Assembly: GCF_018350175.1 (NCBI RefSeq)
Contig: NC_058382.1
Location: forward strand, 54,128,001 to 54,192,000
DNA length: 64,000 bases
Origin: Felis catus
Taxonomy: Eukaryota
Reading direction: 5' to 3'
Under the pieces are notes generated by a model, which had not been told where the DNA came from, did not search any database, and worked only from the letters and a program-made list of their open reading frames with translations. Numbering within the stretch: position 1 is the first letter of the stretch; every line of letters begins with the position of its first letter. Both the position numbers and the translations under genes were made by a program. Of the stretch, positions 39,701-53,291 are shown piece by piece.

Positions 39701-40133
39701 TCACCAATGTCTGCGTAACACAGGACTCGTGCTTCCAAATCTAGTCTGGAACAAACTTCTCTAGAGAACATCTATAACATCAGAATTACCCATATACTGT
39801 GTTCTCACCCTGCTGCACATCAAAAGCACTTGGAAAGCTTTACAAAAACAGTTATTGATACCAGAGGCCTTACCCCAGGCCGGTGAACTCAGAACCTCTG
39901 GAACTGGGTCCCGGCTCATGGTAGCTTTTGAAAGCTCAGCAGGTGATTCTGATGTGCAACCAGGGTGGGAAACCATTGGTCTACAGAGAGTCCAAGTGAT
40001 GTTTTGAAGAGCAACGCAGATTAGCTGAAGTATTCACTTAGTAAGTTGAATTCTTCCAGTGGATTAACTTGGTCCATCTCTCTCCACAGATAAGGAATAT
40101 CTTCTGATCGTCATTCAGAATCCATGTGAATAG
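30733..40133 (+). CDS. DYNLRB2: Dynein light chain roadblock-type 2, spliced CDS join(30733..30735,33385..33460,39154..39321,40090..40133), 291 nt, 96 aa
   Basis: Manual splicing at GT-AG sites gives 3+76+168+44=291 nt with no internal stop. The protein matches the roadblock/LC7 family; [15 protein letters not shown] and C-terminal IQNPCE are DYNLRB2-type rather than DYNLRB1-type as I recall them. Confidence 0.97.
32128..32314 (-). mobile_element. Can-SINE in DYNLRB2 intron 1
   Basis: TSD aaagaaaact(a/g)tcttt at 32112 and 32316. Confidence 0.9.
32744..32939 (-). mobile_element. Can-SINE in DYNLRB2 intron 1
   Basis: Perfect TSD taagggatacttt at 32731 and 32940. Confidence 0.92.
33385..33460 (+). 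CDS. DYNLRB2: DYNLRB2 exon 2 ([25 protein letters not shown]+G)
   Basis: Acceptor ccttcttgatctcttcag|GCG, donor GAAG|gtaaat; 76 nt. Confidence 0.97.
34776..35203 (-). mobile_element. MLT1C-like MaLR solo LTR in intron 2
   Basis: taccacacactcggtggcttaaaaca...agcttctggtggc...taattacgtctgcaaagac. Confidence 0.85.
35290..35700 (+). mobile_element. L1ME-like 3' fragment in intron 2
   Basis: gcaatttcactcctaggaatttatcctaagga motif. Confidence 0.65.
37671..37891 (-). mobile_element. Very young SINEC_Fc in DYNLRB2 intron 2
   Basis: CpGs retained; perfect 16-bp TSD gcgaacggttgtttta at 37655-37670 and 37892-37907. Confidence 0.96.
39154..39321 (+). CDS. DYNLRB2: DYNLRB2 exon 3 (GIPIRTT...HEIMVAP)
   Basis: Acceptor tgtaacag|GC, donor CCAG|gtaatg; 168 nt; lies within track ORF 38871..39374. 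Confidence 0.97.
39797..39980. mobile_element. MER5A-like hAT MITE in intron 3
   Basis: ctgtgttctca...caggtgattctgatgtgcaaccagggtgggaaaccattg with terminal inverted repeats. Confidence 0.8.
40090..40133 (+). CDS. DYNLRB2: DYNLRB2 exon 4 coding part ([14 protein letters not shown])
   Basis: Acceptor ccatctctctccacag|AT AAG GAA; TAG at 40131-40133. Confidence 0.96.
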
Positions 40134-40315
40134 ACCTGCTACGGCCCATCCTGTCCTGTGATGCCCAGTTGCAAATGCTTTATTTACTCCTTAGTTATTA
40201 CCAAGATTATATTCCAATCTGATCTTTCAGACATTATTTACCATTTTCACAAACTATTCTGCACGTCTCATTTAGTCCCTTTCAAATGTATCGTAAAGCT
40301 GTGATTTAGTGATGT

Positions 40316-40321
40316 AATAAA
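40316..40321 (+). terminator. Polyadenylation signal AATAAA of DYNLRB2 (3'UTR about 200 nt)
   Basis: First AATAAA after the stop, followed by a T-rich downstream element at about 40340-40351. Confidence 0.8.
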
Positions 40322-41057
40322 TGAATTCTGGTATAGAGGTCTCTTTTTTTTATAGTACACCAGACTGAAGGATTCTAGTGGGAATCCTAGCAAGCCTTCC
40401 TTGCAACAGTCCTTGTAGTCTAGAAGTGTGCCAAGAATCAACGTGGCTGTGTCCTTTTCCCCATTTCATTAGCACGTCCTGGAGGTTCCATGGAGCACAG
40501 CGGGAGCTACCGGGGAGTAGGAAGTCCTCATCCTCTAGGGGCGCTAGATGCTTTCCCAGGTTAAACAAGGGACGTAAAAAGTCAGAGGCGTGGCGCTCAG
40601 CAGGGTCAGCTCCACAGCTGAGCGCCTCCTCCCACAACTCCAGAGGGTGTTTTTTTTCCTAGATATTTCAAACATTCAGAAAATAATGAAACGAATAATA
40701 GAACAAATAGAACAGATTTCCAAGACCCGTTAGAACAGATGTTAATATTTTGCTGTATTTGCCTCATATTCTCTCTTTTATTAATTAAGCCTTTTATTTT
40801 GATATATCTGAGGATTCACATGAACCTGTAAGAAATAACATAGAGATCTTGTGTGCCTTTTACCCAGTTCCCTCTACGGTAGCGCATATTTGCCTTTTGA
40901 GTAATTTTCCCACAACTTTTTATTTTCAGTAACTTCAAGCCTGCAGAAGAGTCAGAAAGAATAGCAGTCAACACTCACCTAAGCTTCACTCACATTCACT
41001 GACTGTTAATATTTTACATTTGTTTCATCTCTCTCTGTCTAGATATACCTGTAAAAA

Positions 41058-41091
<34 letters not shown>

Positions 41092-43597
41092 CCATAACCC
41101 CAATTTCATACTTAAGGCATTTAATATTGATACAATACCATCTCATACGCAGTCATATTCAAATTTCCCCAAAGGTCCCAATAATGTCCTTTACAGCTTT
41201 TTTTTTTTTAATCCAGGATTCTACGAGGGTCACATGTTGCTCTTGGTTACCATGTCTCTAATTTCTTAGCTGTTTTTACAACACCTTGTTCTCTATTTTC
41301 TACCTCTAGGTGGTATCAAATTTGTATTTCCTGTCCCTAGAGTCCCCAGTGCCACCTGCTCCCCACCCCCAAGCCCCTCCCGCCAGGACCCAGATGCAGC
41401 CTGTAAATAGAGGAAATTCAGCTGAAGAGCAGATCTCAGTCACTGGCTTTCCCTTCCTTCCACACCATGACTTGGAGACCAGACACACCATGCCGGACCC
41501 AACCTCATCCTTCAGCCCAAAGGGGTGTAGGTATCATAAGTCACCCAGGGACAGCTTCAGCACCTGCTGAGCATTCCAAACATAAACAAGGGCTTGTTAG
41601 AATTCAAATGGCAAGAAAATGCATCATTGAGGGAGAGGACCACAGAGATGGTCTATCCAACCCCTTGATTTTGCAGGTGAGGATTTCGCCTGAATCATGG
41701 GTCAGGTGTCTTTCAGGAATTGGGTATGTGGGTTTGTATTGGACTGGTCATGCCAATGGAATTGGTGCCTATGATCTTTTCAGGGGGCTTATGCTCTTGT
41801 ATAAGCTCTACCCCTTCCAAAAAAAATTGTGTTTAGGAAGTAAAAAGTAGCTCATTGTTACAAAATGTACCAGAGGTAACATTGGATTCCAATACCTAAA
41901 TCTGTCATCTCCCCATAGTTTCCCAGCCCACCCACAGCTCGTCAGCAGACGCACGGCTGAGTGGCAAAGCCACTTCCTTCCTCCTGGCCCAGCCAGAAAT
42001 TTCAAGCCCCATTTGAGATGCAGCAGTGGGAAGTCTCTGGCAGGTACAGATGACACCATTGCAAGTGCCCGGGCTCTGTGTGGGCTCTTCCTGGGAAGAA
42101 AACCCTTCCATCCTGTTGGGTAGGGAACTCTGCTGTGATCCTGCCTGCACTTCCGCACCCAGAGGACACTGTAACCCTTTGTTGGAGACAGAGACTGTGG
42201 CAACAAAAGGTAGAACTTGCCAACACCAGTCGCAACGGAGGAGGCTATGATCTTGGGGGATTTGTACCACCCCTCTCTGCCTTCCAGCACACAGACGTCC
42301 ACATTCCCCCTTGGATTCATAACAGCATATTAATTAACTCTATTTAAAAGGTGCCTGAACACACAGACTAAAGAGACCCACATCCATGTAAAACCAGTGC
42401 CAAAGCTTTTGTTTCCTATGAGAAGTACAAGCCTGGGCTCAACGGTACCTCCCCATCTTGCTATAAACTTTACCTGAACAAATGGGAGAGCTATTTGCAG
42501 ACTCTCTGGGGGAACATATCCCAACTATAAATATTAATGATAACGAACCTGGAAATGCCAGCTTAATAAAATAGCTGAAAATGCCTTTATACCTCATTAG
42601 CGTTACAAGCCCCCAAATCTTCATCACGGAATAGCAGGACCATCCCAGGAGAGAATGGGCAAGAGCCTGTTCAAGGTTCCAGCAGGCACAGCCTCTCACA
42701 GTCCCTTTTACAGCGTACATTCTGGTTTTTTTAGTTAGATTACCTATCATCTTCCAAAGCAAAAATTACCGTGGACTAAGACACGGATCAGTCTTCGACC
42801 AATTACAATGATCCCTAGTACGTCTTTGACATGGGGCAAAATATCCTTACTTTTCTGACATTAGAAAAGAATGCACCTCCCTTGAATAGGGAACTAGAGC
42901 ATGTTTACATGAAATGGCCACAGATATTCATTCAGTCAACCACTATTGGGTCTTATATTCTATTTCTTAAAAAAAAAACAAACTAGAACATGTTTGGAGC
43001 TATAACAGAGCTTTCAGAGTAGTAACATCTTCAATCAGGAGCCTTACAAATGATAAACTGGTATCTGAACTTGTGGGAATCATGGGGGCTAAGAGTGCTC
43101 CCCTAACAGGAAATCAACTCTAGAAATGGAAACTCAGGCATCCGCGTGGCAGCTTGAAATATTCTTGGTGTCTTGAATATTTCAGGTTAGTAACACTTTT
43201 TTGTATATTCTTATGAAAACTTGATTAGAAAGTTGAGTTAGCCATGTACTCAGTCATTCCTTGAACACAGAGAAAAGAAGACTGAACTTCTTCCTTCCTC
43301 CTAGGTTCTTTCTCTAGGAAACGCCCACGCCTTTTTTCCCTTCACCATACATGACCTTGGTAGATGTCGCCAACATTAAACATCCCTACTGCACACAAAA
43401 ATGATTTTAAAATTCTCATTCTTTGGTCATCTTCACAGCATGAGGTGCAACATGGTGCAGGAGAGAGAGCCTGAGACCCTGACTCTACGATTGAGTGATC
43501 AGCAGCGTCCACATTTTTCTAGACCTCAGATTACTTGCCCACAGATGTGCCCACCTGCAGTGGCCTAACATTCTGAACTATAGAGCATAGATGCCAT

Positions 43598-43632
<35 letters not shown>
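43598..43632. repeat. (GTT)n microsatellite
   Basis: Seen directly. Confidence 0.95.
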
Positions 43633-45824
43633 AGCAGCAATATTGGTAACATAAACCAAGTTTACCAGAATACAAGCCATTTAATATACCTCACTGTGGC
43701 TTCTTCTAATCTTTAACCTCATGCATAAATAGATTTAAAGAGTTATAATCCTGTGGAGCACGCAATTTTCTCTCATTCCTTTATTTATCACTTAACAAGG
43801 AGTTCCATATTCCTACCTAGGGTTTCTCTTAAAATCTGTATGCAATTCCATCAAGTTTCTCAGTGGCCCAGAGGAGGCCAGTGAGAGAGGCTTCCCTGCT
43901 ACCTAGATTTGGAAGACAGAGAGGAAGCCCCCGTGTGGCTAGACCGATGCACAGGTGTTGGGGTACCCCAATGTCCACAGGGGAGTAGCAGAGAGAGCCC
44001 GTTCTCAGGAGGAAGGAATACAGCTGCCAAGCTTTGTACCACGGAGCAAGGACACAGCATTCATTCCGTGGGTTCTCTGCCATGTTCCAGGTCCTCAGCT
44101 GTATTTTTACCCTCGGGTTTATGAAGCACCTCCAAAGCCCACTCGTAAGTTTTCCTCTTTTTTGTACACTCTACTGGAGTGGGTTTCATCTGCTGCCTGG
44201 CACCAAAAAGTCCTTACCTAGCCATTGCACTATATTTGGGTCACTCCTGGCTGCTTTCATCAGAGCTGGTCCAGGAGCCCACTGGCTCCCGAGGAAGTGT
44301 GTATTCATCAGAGGCCCTGAACAGATGGATTGTGACCACCCGCTCCCTTGCTTCAAAACGCACCCCATGGCTCTGGCTGGACAGGAGAAGAAGCCATTGC
44401 TGGGCTCTTGCGGAGCAGAGCTGTGGGTGGGAAACAGATACTGAGGCTTCCCTCTCACTGAGGCACGGGGTCTCTACTTCACTTCCACCTGCTGAGTGGC
44501 CTCTGCCTCTGACATTGGCTGGAAGGAGAAGTGGCCACCTGGATTCTGGGCAGGTGACTTCTCAAAGCATCACTCCACCTGGCCCCGGGCGTCTGGAGTG
44601 GCGGAGAGCCACAGGAGAGACAAAGGGATAAAGAAGTACGGCACAGACTCACCTGGCAGTCCACTCTCCCCTTGTGCCCAGAAGGCAGCATGGCATCGAG
44701 GGAAGAACAGTGCTTTGTAGCCAGACAGGTCTGTCTGTGACTCCCAGCCCTGCCGTCAATAATAATAACATTAATGATGATAATTTATTATGATTTTTGG
44801 AAGAAGAAGAGGAAGGAAAAGAGGGGAAGGAAGAGGAGGGGGAGGGGAAGAAAAGAGAAAAGAGAATGAGCAGCAGGAGCTAACATTTGTCGATCACTTC
44901 CTGTGTGACGGTCACGGTAGAGTTTCACAACAGACTCGTTTTGCGGACAAGAACACCAAGGCTAAGAGAAGTCTCACAGCTTGCCCAAGGTCAATCAAGC
45001 TTTTTAAGTGTCAGAGGAGGCACCGGCAACCTCAACACTTGACTCGGGCACACACTCTTAACCACTCCCTTCCATCGCTGACTCACCAGACCTGTGACAA
45101 GGAAATTAAAATCGCCGAGCCTTAGAACCCTCATGTGAAGAGTACAGACCATAATTCCTACATTGCAAGTTGTTGCGAGACACGAAAAAATTGCACAAAG
45201 CACCTGACACTTAGCAGATGTTCAGCAAAGGGTCGTCACAACCAGCATCATCACCCTCATCGGTACTGCGTGGAGAACCAGAAAGTGCTGGAAGATGGCC
45301 ATCCCAGGTGTTAGGTTATCATGATAAATGTGATCCACGTCACAACGTGGACATTGGACAATTGCCATGGAGTCCATCGGATAGAGTGGTTGCTCCTAAT
45401 CCTTCGATCGAACCCCTCAAATCCCCAGCAGTCAATTCTCCATCCGGGTCTACAGGATGTCAGACTACCATCCCCTTTGAGGAATCCCATCGTATCGGGA
45501 GTGGCTCAGAGGACTAATCTCCCCATCAATAGCACATCTACTGTTTTGTGTGTTCACCAAGCCTGTGCTTTATCCACCTCCCCGTTCCATCTACACTTGT
45601 AACCAGTTTGAACCACTCTTTCTTTCCCCCTCTCCACTCTGCCTACGCGTATAACCAGCTTTTCTATTTAGTCTGGATTGATAAGTCGATTAGTCGATCC
45701 AATCCATAAGACTGAATTTCTAGTCCGTATTAACTGGCTGCATTTGCCCAACAATCCACTCAAGAGAAGCTGTGCATTTGACAGTCTGTAAGGCTTAAGA
45801 ACACAAACTGTCTTATTCTTACAC

Positions 45825-45864
<40 letters not shown>

Positions 45865-48800
45865 CAGTGCCTGGGAGAAAATCTGACACGGGGTCTGTGG
45901 GGCAAATAGTCAATATTTCTATCCCTTCCCAGCCCTATCTTAGAAACACTGTTCCCTGGATCACACGGCTGGTTGCAAAGGGGTTCACTAAGTTAATGAG
46001 CACCTTTGAAGTAAACATAATGAGCTACATCCCCCAAGAATACTCAAGATGGGATTCTGACCAATTAGAAGCTTTAGAACTTCTCAATTCAGATGGCAAG
46101 ATGAGGTTCTCAGTTCAGATCGCGAAATGAGTGAAGGCAGGTCATCGACTCTCAGGGGCCTCCTTCTCTCTCTGCTCCTGCACAACTCCTGCTTCCTGAG
46201 TCGCCCCAAGGAGCTATCTGGGGCCTCTCCATCAGTGCCAGGGGGCCAGAAGGTCTGGCTCCTGGAATAGGTTCCAGAACTCACAGCTGCACCCTCTGTG
46301 GAGCGGGGCTGAGAGGCGTGTATGGGCAAATCCCACACCTCTGGGGAATGGGCTGGTGCCAGCCTCATCAAATTACAATGGCCCAAATGGTGCGGTCGGC
46401 CAGATCCCTTATCCAACGTGAACTTTAAGTTGTTCACAAACTCCAGACCTTTCGGTGGGTATTTGATCATGTCTCAGGGAAGTGGCGGGAAAGTGAATGT
46501 CTAGCGTCTCCAAGGGGGGGAAAAAAAAAAAAAAAAGCACAATACCATCAGTGATGTCAGGGGCCGGGGAAGAGGATATTATCTGAACATGTTTACCTGC
46601 TCTTGCCAAGCCCATGCAATTTCCGGGAGATGCAAGCAAAGATTAATAACCATTTATGAAATCTCAGATTAATAAAAATACAGGCTCCGTTTGAGAGTTT
46701 AAAGGAAAGAAGGTGTGCTTCTTAATCAGGGAAGCATTAACCAGGTAGTGCCCATTCTGCAAGCATTTAACCAGGAATTACTTCATGCCGGGCACACTCT
46801 GTGCCCAGGAGCGGACGTGGGTGATGTCATCCCTGCCCCCAAAGCTCCTAGTGTATAATGGAGATAGGTGTGCAAAGAATGCATTTTCAGTACACTGAGA
46901 TAATAGCAACCAGTGCAGCGTGTGTGAGGGCCTAGGCAGTACAGATAAGGGGCTGATAAAGGCTTGGTGTTTAAGGAACACTGCATTCAAGCAGATACAC
47001 CTCAGCTGGATGTGAAAGGCAGAATAGGAGTTTACAGTGTGAAGGAGAGGGCGTGAGGGATCTGGCTGGAAGGAGCTGGCGAGCCAGGCTTATTCTAGGC
47101 CCGTGGTTTTCAAACCTTGCTTTAGGAATCGCGACCTTCATGCACAACACGACCTTAATTTAGAGGCGAGCAAAGCTGTTTGCTCTCCGTAAAGGAGGCC
47201 AGGCTCCCCTTCCATTCTTTCCTCCTCTCCTGTCCTTCCCCACCCCACACATATACCCAGGGGTCCTCAGGGGGCCCTTAGGGGCGCATCCCGGACCTGC
47301 TGGAGATCTGCATTGAGGAAGACTTCCAGCAGATTCTTGTTCTCCTTAAGGCTTTCCAAGTGCTACCCCAGGATGCAGAAATGTATTTCCCCCAGCAAGT
47401 GCCCCAGGGAGAGGGGCTATGACTGGGTGGGTTTAGGAACACTCCCGCTATACTATTTGTCTCTTCTTGAAATCTTCCTCCATTACCAAGCCCAAGCCAC
47501 TCAAAGCCACCACCAAGAAATAAGTAAAAGGGTGTCACCCCAATCCCAACTAAAAGAAAGAGAAAAGAGACGCCCTGTAAAACCCAACCGAAGCTGACTC
47601 CCCAGCCAGGTTTCCCGCTCCAAGCATCTGGGGATCCCCGGGCACTGCATAAGCCAGTCCAGCTGGCTTCCACGTGGCATCTCCATGACCGTCACCTTCA
47701 CCTGCTCTGACCCTCTCCCCTCCGCACTGCCATGTCCCCAGGATGATGGCACTCCTACCAGAACTACCGTGTTCTGAACGTCACAGATACCTCTGGGGGC
47801 TACCATATCGGTAGGCACCACCCGTCACCATCCCCTCCCATGCCAGGCACAAATGCACCACCCGCGAGGTCTCCTCGGGAGTAGTGGAAGGAAATGCCTC
47901 ACTTCCCTTTCTGGAGTCCTTCTGTTTGGGCTCCATGGGAAGTCCACCTTTCCAGTTCTTACAGACAAGAACCTTACCCGGGTACAGACCTTATTCAGTA
48001 ACCAGATGGTTCTTCCACGCAGAGGTAGATTTTATTATCCCCCTTTTCCTGAAAAGAAAAACGCGGCTCACAAGATGGCAGTGTCTTGCCCAGAGTTACA
48101 GTACCCAACTCAAAGCCCCTTGAGGTCAGAACCCCAGAGTTATTTATCACTGCAAGCCCCGCGTATGATTCAGAGTCAGCATTTAGTCTACACACCGCAT
48201 AGACAGCTTGGATGAAGAATACTGTGTGTGTGGCATAATCCACGCTTCCAGTTTTGGGGGACAAATGGGACACAGACTTTAAATAAATAAGGGTAGCTTT
48301 ATCACTGAGTCTCCACCTCCCAGATGTATCGAACCTCAAAGGTTTCTGTCAGACCTCTTTCTTCCCAGCGCTCGCCAGAATATTGATTCCCGATTTGGGG
48401 TTGCCATCATTATTTCTGTTGCTGTCAGTACCAAAACCAGCCTGTCCTACTCTCAAGATTAGGATAATCAGCTCCAACACAGCCAGGAATTCTGTCGCAC
48501 GTGTTTGCGTATGTGTGCACACGCACGTGGAAAGATGTTGAGAAATACACACCAGACATTAACGAGGGTGATTTCTGAGTGGGTGGGATTATGCTTTATT
48601 TTATTTTCTCCTTTTGCCCTTCTTTATCTTCTGTTTCCTTCACTGTTTCCGGCAACTTCCAATTTTTACTGGAGCATGCTACGCAGATAAAAATCATCCA
48701 CAAAGTACCTAGCTCGATGAATTTTCACGCACTGAACGCAGCCGTGTAACCAGCACCCCAAATCAAAAACAATTGAATGAAGTACCCTTTGGGCTTCCTC

Positions 48801-49302
48801 CGGGCCTCTCACCCACCCCAAGGAGCACTCAGGGCCTGGCTTGTGTCACCAGACGTTAGTTTTTTCTCTTTGTGTACTTTGCATAAGTTGAGTCTGACTC
48901 TTGTGTCCAGTTTCTCCCTACTATCCATGGCGAGACTCAGCTGTGCTGTGTGTGAGTGGTAAAGCCCTCATCCTCATCGTAGCTTATTGCTTTTTTTACG
49001 CATAGAAAATGCTACTGGAATGTTCTTTTCTTTGGTGGCAGAGGGAGTCTCTCCTCCTTGCAAGAAGCAGGTCTGTGAGGCCAGGGATGTGGTATCTCAG
49101 GGAGATGATAAAAAGCGACAAGAAAGATCAACGCTTTCAGCCATTGGTTCCCAGCCACCAACAGGCCCACCATCACCACGCAGTGGAAAGGACATAGGTT
49201 CAAATCCTGACTCAGCCGCTAATCTCTCCAGGGAATGCTGGTTCCGGTTCACTCTTTGAACCTCAGTTTTATCATCTGTAAAATAGGAGACCTTAATTGT
49301 TC

Positions 49303-49754
49303 CCTGTAGCAGACACTGTTGGCTTCCACCCAGATGCTCTTGAATACTTTTTTTTTTCTTTTTTAATCATTTCTGTGTATCCTTCTGCTGGCCTGCGAGG
49401 TAGGTTTGCTCTGCCCTGGGGTTACTGGAGCCACTTTGTAAGCACACAGAGAGAACCTTTAGTGCCTGGGCGTTTGCTCACGTTGACCCTCAAGGCCTTC
49501 AGCCAGTGAGTGTTGGGTGCAGGAGTGTGGAAGTCCAGCTCCCGTGCACCGAGGAGAGGTGCAATTCACCCTCCAGCGGCCCCTGTGTGCCCCCCCAAAA
49601 TGGTCTTGGCCTGAAATAGCATGTTTACTGGGCTACTTCCCCTCCCACCCAGCTCCCCCTCTCCCTGTTGGCTTCCCTGGAGCTCCTCCTGCATCCATCA
49701 CATGCACAGGAATCCTTGTGGAGGGCCCACTTCTAGGGAACCTGTCTTCGGACA
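49303..49754 (+). mobile_element. LTR16-like ERVL solo LTR
   Basis: tgtagcagacactgttgg start; ...cttctagggaacc..aca end. Confidence 0.6.
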
Positions 49755-50697
49755 CCCTAAGGTTTGTTGTGGGGTATACACGGCTAATCGTGTATAAACC
49801 ACCCGGCACCCCGGGAGGTACTGGCCTCTGTTAAATCTCCTCCTCATGTCAGCCGCCGGCTGGCCTTGCCGTGTGGCCACACGCCCTGAATCCTAAAATC
49901 CCTGGGGACAGAAGGAACCATAAACATCCAGGACTCCTAGACTCTTGAGTTACCTTGAATCACTGCCATCTCTCCCTGAAGAGTATTACAGTAGCCTCTA
50001 AATGCAATAACCAGGGACAGCAGAACGGCCCCCCTCCAGAACTCCAGCTTTATTGGGCTACAATCAGCATGGCCATCTTGAGGGGAGATAAAGCTATGGA
50101 GAGCGGATATTAAAGCCCCCGGCAGCATTGAGCTTCCCCAGATCGGAGGCCAGACTCCCCACCAACTGCTCCCCAGCATCTGCACCCCCTTGACCCCACC
50201 CTGGCTGGCAGGGAAGGCGGCTCTGTCCTTGGGCAGTGGTGGGCAGCCCTGTGTGTTAGCATTCACTCTTGCCGAGAAGGGGGTCTTCCTGCACCATAGG
50301 CTAAGAAGTGCAAAAGGATATTAAAAGAGAGAGAGAAAGAGAGAGAACATGGCATGCATGGAATTATCCTCTCTTTTGAAAAGGACATTCACTGTTTTTT
50401 AATAAAGCCATGGCATTGATCTGTGTTCAGAGAACACTTTAGACTCATGCCCCCCAACATGACGGGACCATGGGAGCCAGATACTGGCAAGGGGTAGGTG
50501 TTTAATGCCAATGGTGCTCAGTTACCGACCAGGCACTGCTTTACGTGTTGAACCGTCTTGGAAGGAGATGTGTTCGCCTTTGATTTGCAGATGAGGAAAC
50601 GGAGACTCTAAGGAGGTAAACGGCCTCTCGGGACCTGTGTAGCCTCGGAGGCTGGGTGCTTAAACAAAGCCATTGCCAGGAGCTTAGGTACCAAGGA

Positions 50698-51078
50698 TGT
50701 TTTAATTTCCTAGGGCTGTTGTAACAAAGTACCACAAATTGCATGGCTTAAGACAACAAAAATTATTCTCTTGCAGCTCTGGAGGCTGAAGTCCTTCTTT
50801 GTCTCCTAGCTTCTGGTGGTAGCTGGGAGTCTTTGGGGATCCTTGGTTTGCAGCTGGGCCTCTGTCACACTGTGGCTTTTTTCCCTGGGTGTCTTTGCCA
50901 TCTTCCTTTTTTAAAAGGACACCCAGTCACACCAGATGAAGGACGCACCCTGCTCCAGTACGCCCTCCTCCTAACGACATCTGCAATAACCCTCCTTCCA
51001 TATAAGGTCACATTCTTAGGTAGCAGGGCTTTAGTGCTTCAATGTATCTTTCGGGGGGACACAATTCAACACACGGCA
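50698..51078 (-). mobile_element. MLT1B/C-like MaLR solo LTR
   Basis: tttcctagggctgttgtaacaaagtaccacaaa...gggggacacaattcaac. Confidence 0.85.
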
Positions 51079-52070
51079 GAGGACAAGCAGGCAGAAATGC
51101 AGCTTCTAAACAAGGAGGTGCAGGGTGAGGAGAGGCTGGGACTTCTCTCGTATTCGGGGACGCCGCAATGGACACTCCGTGCTTCCGATCTCAGTCAACA
51201 TGTCCGTTTGGTCACCCTGCTACTAAGGAGATGGCCCCGGAGGAAAAGTCCGGCTCAGCAGGAACGAGTAAGAACACAGGGGAGGAGGGTGGATCTCTAA
51301 ACCGTGATGCCTTCTCCCAGGCAAAACCCCCGTGAGCCTGCTCAGGTTAAAACTCGACTCTTACGAAACACGTTGCCTCAAACGGAGACAGGCTTCTCAA
51401 CTGAAAGCATACAGAAACAAACTCTGGATGATTTGAGCTAAAAGGGAATCTGTTTTGATGACAGGGTCTAACACACCAGATAGCTGGGAAGGCTAGAGGA
51501 CCTGAGGGGAACAGCAGGCAGGAAGGAGGGAACCTACGAGGTAACCAGACCTGCACTCAGAGTCAAAGCCAGCCCGGGGAGGACACTGGTGCCACCGAGC
51601 ATGGCTTCACCGCCACGGACCCGCTGCCGTGGCTGCCGATACCTGAGATATCACTGCTGAGGTCACCACAGCTACCAGTAAAGATTCTCCACTGTCCCTG
51701 CTTTCTGGGGCCGCTGGCTCCAGATTTAAAGTCATTGGCTGCTAGCTCACACATCTGAGGTCTAGCTGCAAGGGACTCTGGGAAAGCACGTTTCTAGCTT
51801 TTTTTTTTTTTTTTAGCTTTGCTAGAGAGAGGAGGCCTCCGCCTCCTACAGAAAGCCATACGCCAAGGAGTTCCACAGATATGGGAAGGACGTCCAAATG
51901 GCGGGCAAACAATGGGAAATGGCTCTTAGGTGAGATTTAAACTGCTTCTTGTGGAGCAAAGGTAAGGTGGGGATGGCAGGGCCACAGCTGAGATACTGGT
52001 GCTAGAAGTTTCTGAAGGGCCACAGACACAGAAAGAAGCTAGAACAGAGAGAGCCACAGGCTGCAGAGGG

Positions 52071-52220
52071 TGAATGGGGACTGGCTGCTCACCGGAACAG
52101 GGTTTCTCTTTTAAGGTGACGAAAATGTTCTGGAATTTGTGGTGATCGTTGCACAACCCAAACTGTATACTTTAAGAGGCTGTATTTTATGTTATGTGAC
52201 TTATATCTCAATTAAAAAAA
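52071..52220 (+). mobile_element. L1MB-like extreme 3' end
   Basis: cagggtttctcttttaaggtgacgaaaatgttctggaatt...tatatctcaattaaaaaaa. Confidence 0.75.
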
Positions 52221-52280
52221 GGAAGTCTCAGAGAGGAATACAGGCCCCTCAATATGGTCTGCTGGTGACAGAAAATAAAT

Positions 52281-52426
52281 GGGGGGACGCTAGGGTGGCT
52301 CAGTCAGTTAAGTGTCTAACTCTTGATTTTGGCTCAGGTCATGATCTCTTGGCTCATGGGTTTGGGTCCTGGATGGGGCTCCATGCTATCACTGCTTGGG
52401 ATTCTCTCCCTGCTCCTCCCCCACTT

Positions 52427-52460
<34 letters not shown>

Positions 52461-52492
52461 TCTCCCCCCCTCTCTCAATAAACATTTTCGAA
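52281..52492 (+). mobile_element. Older Can-SINE, first of a tandem pair
   Basis: ggggacgctagggtggctcagtcagttaag head, long (CT)n; flanked by agaaaataaatg. Confidence 0.88.
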
Positions 52493-52505
52493 AGAAAATA
52501 AATGA

Positions 52506-52728
52506 GGGGTACCTAGGTGGCTCAGTCGGTTAAGCATCCGGCTTCAGCTCAGGTCATGATCTCACAGTTCGTGGGTTCAAGCCCCACATCAGGCTCTGTG
52601 CCGACAGCTCAGAGCCTGGAGCCTGCTTCGGAGTCTGTGTCTCCCTCTCTCTCTGCCCCTCCCCCACTAGTGCTCTCTCTCGCAAAAAGAAAATAAACAT
52701 TAAAAAACTAATAATAATAAAAGAAAAA
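52506..52728 (+). mobile_element. Can-SINE, second of a tandem pair
   Basis: ggggtacctaggtggctcagtcggttaag head through A-rich tail. Confidence 0.9.
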
Positions 52729-53082
52729 AGAAAAGAAACGGGACAGGCATTGGGACGTGTGCATATGGGGAGAAGTGCATTCCCTTAAATTCTCCCATGA
52801 TGGTAACCGAATTTGAGAGACAGGTGTTGTTGGTCTAGGCGAATGGAACAGAGCGGGCCAAATATGTCAGCGGTCCCAAACATCCCATTTTCTTTTAGGA
52901 AAATACTCTACCTCTCTGCTCATCAGATCACAATGAAGACACATATTCCTTGCTATTTCTTCTCAGGATTACAGAAATATAAAGCCTAGTGGTGACGGTT
53001 TTCTATTTGAGATGGAAACTTCTTTTCTAAAGGGCTTCTTTGGGGGCACTAGAGGGGTAAGTCATATGGAACTAGAATACGG

Positions 53083-53291
53083 GGGGCACCTGGGTGGCTC
53101 AGTCGGCTAAGCATCTTGATCTCAGCTCAGGTCATGATCTCACGGTTGGTGGGATCGAGCCCTGCATTGGACTTGACGCGGACAGTGTGGTGCCTGTTTG
53201 GGATTCTCTCTCCCTCTCTCTCTGTCCTTCCCCTGCTCTCTCTCTCTCTCAAAATAAGTAAGAAACACTGAAAAAACTCTTTAGAAAAAAA
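53083..53291 (+). mobile_element. Can-SINE
   Basis: TSD gaactagaata(c/t)gg at 53069 and 53292. Confidence 0.9.
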
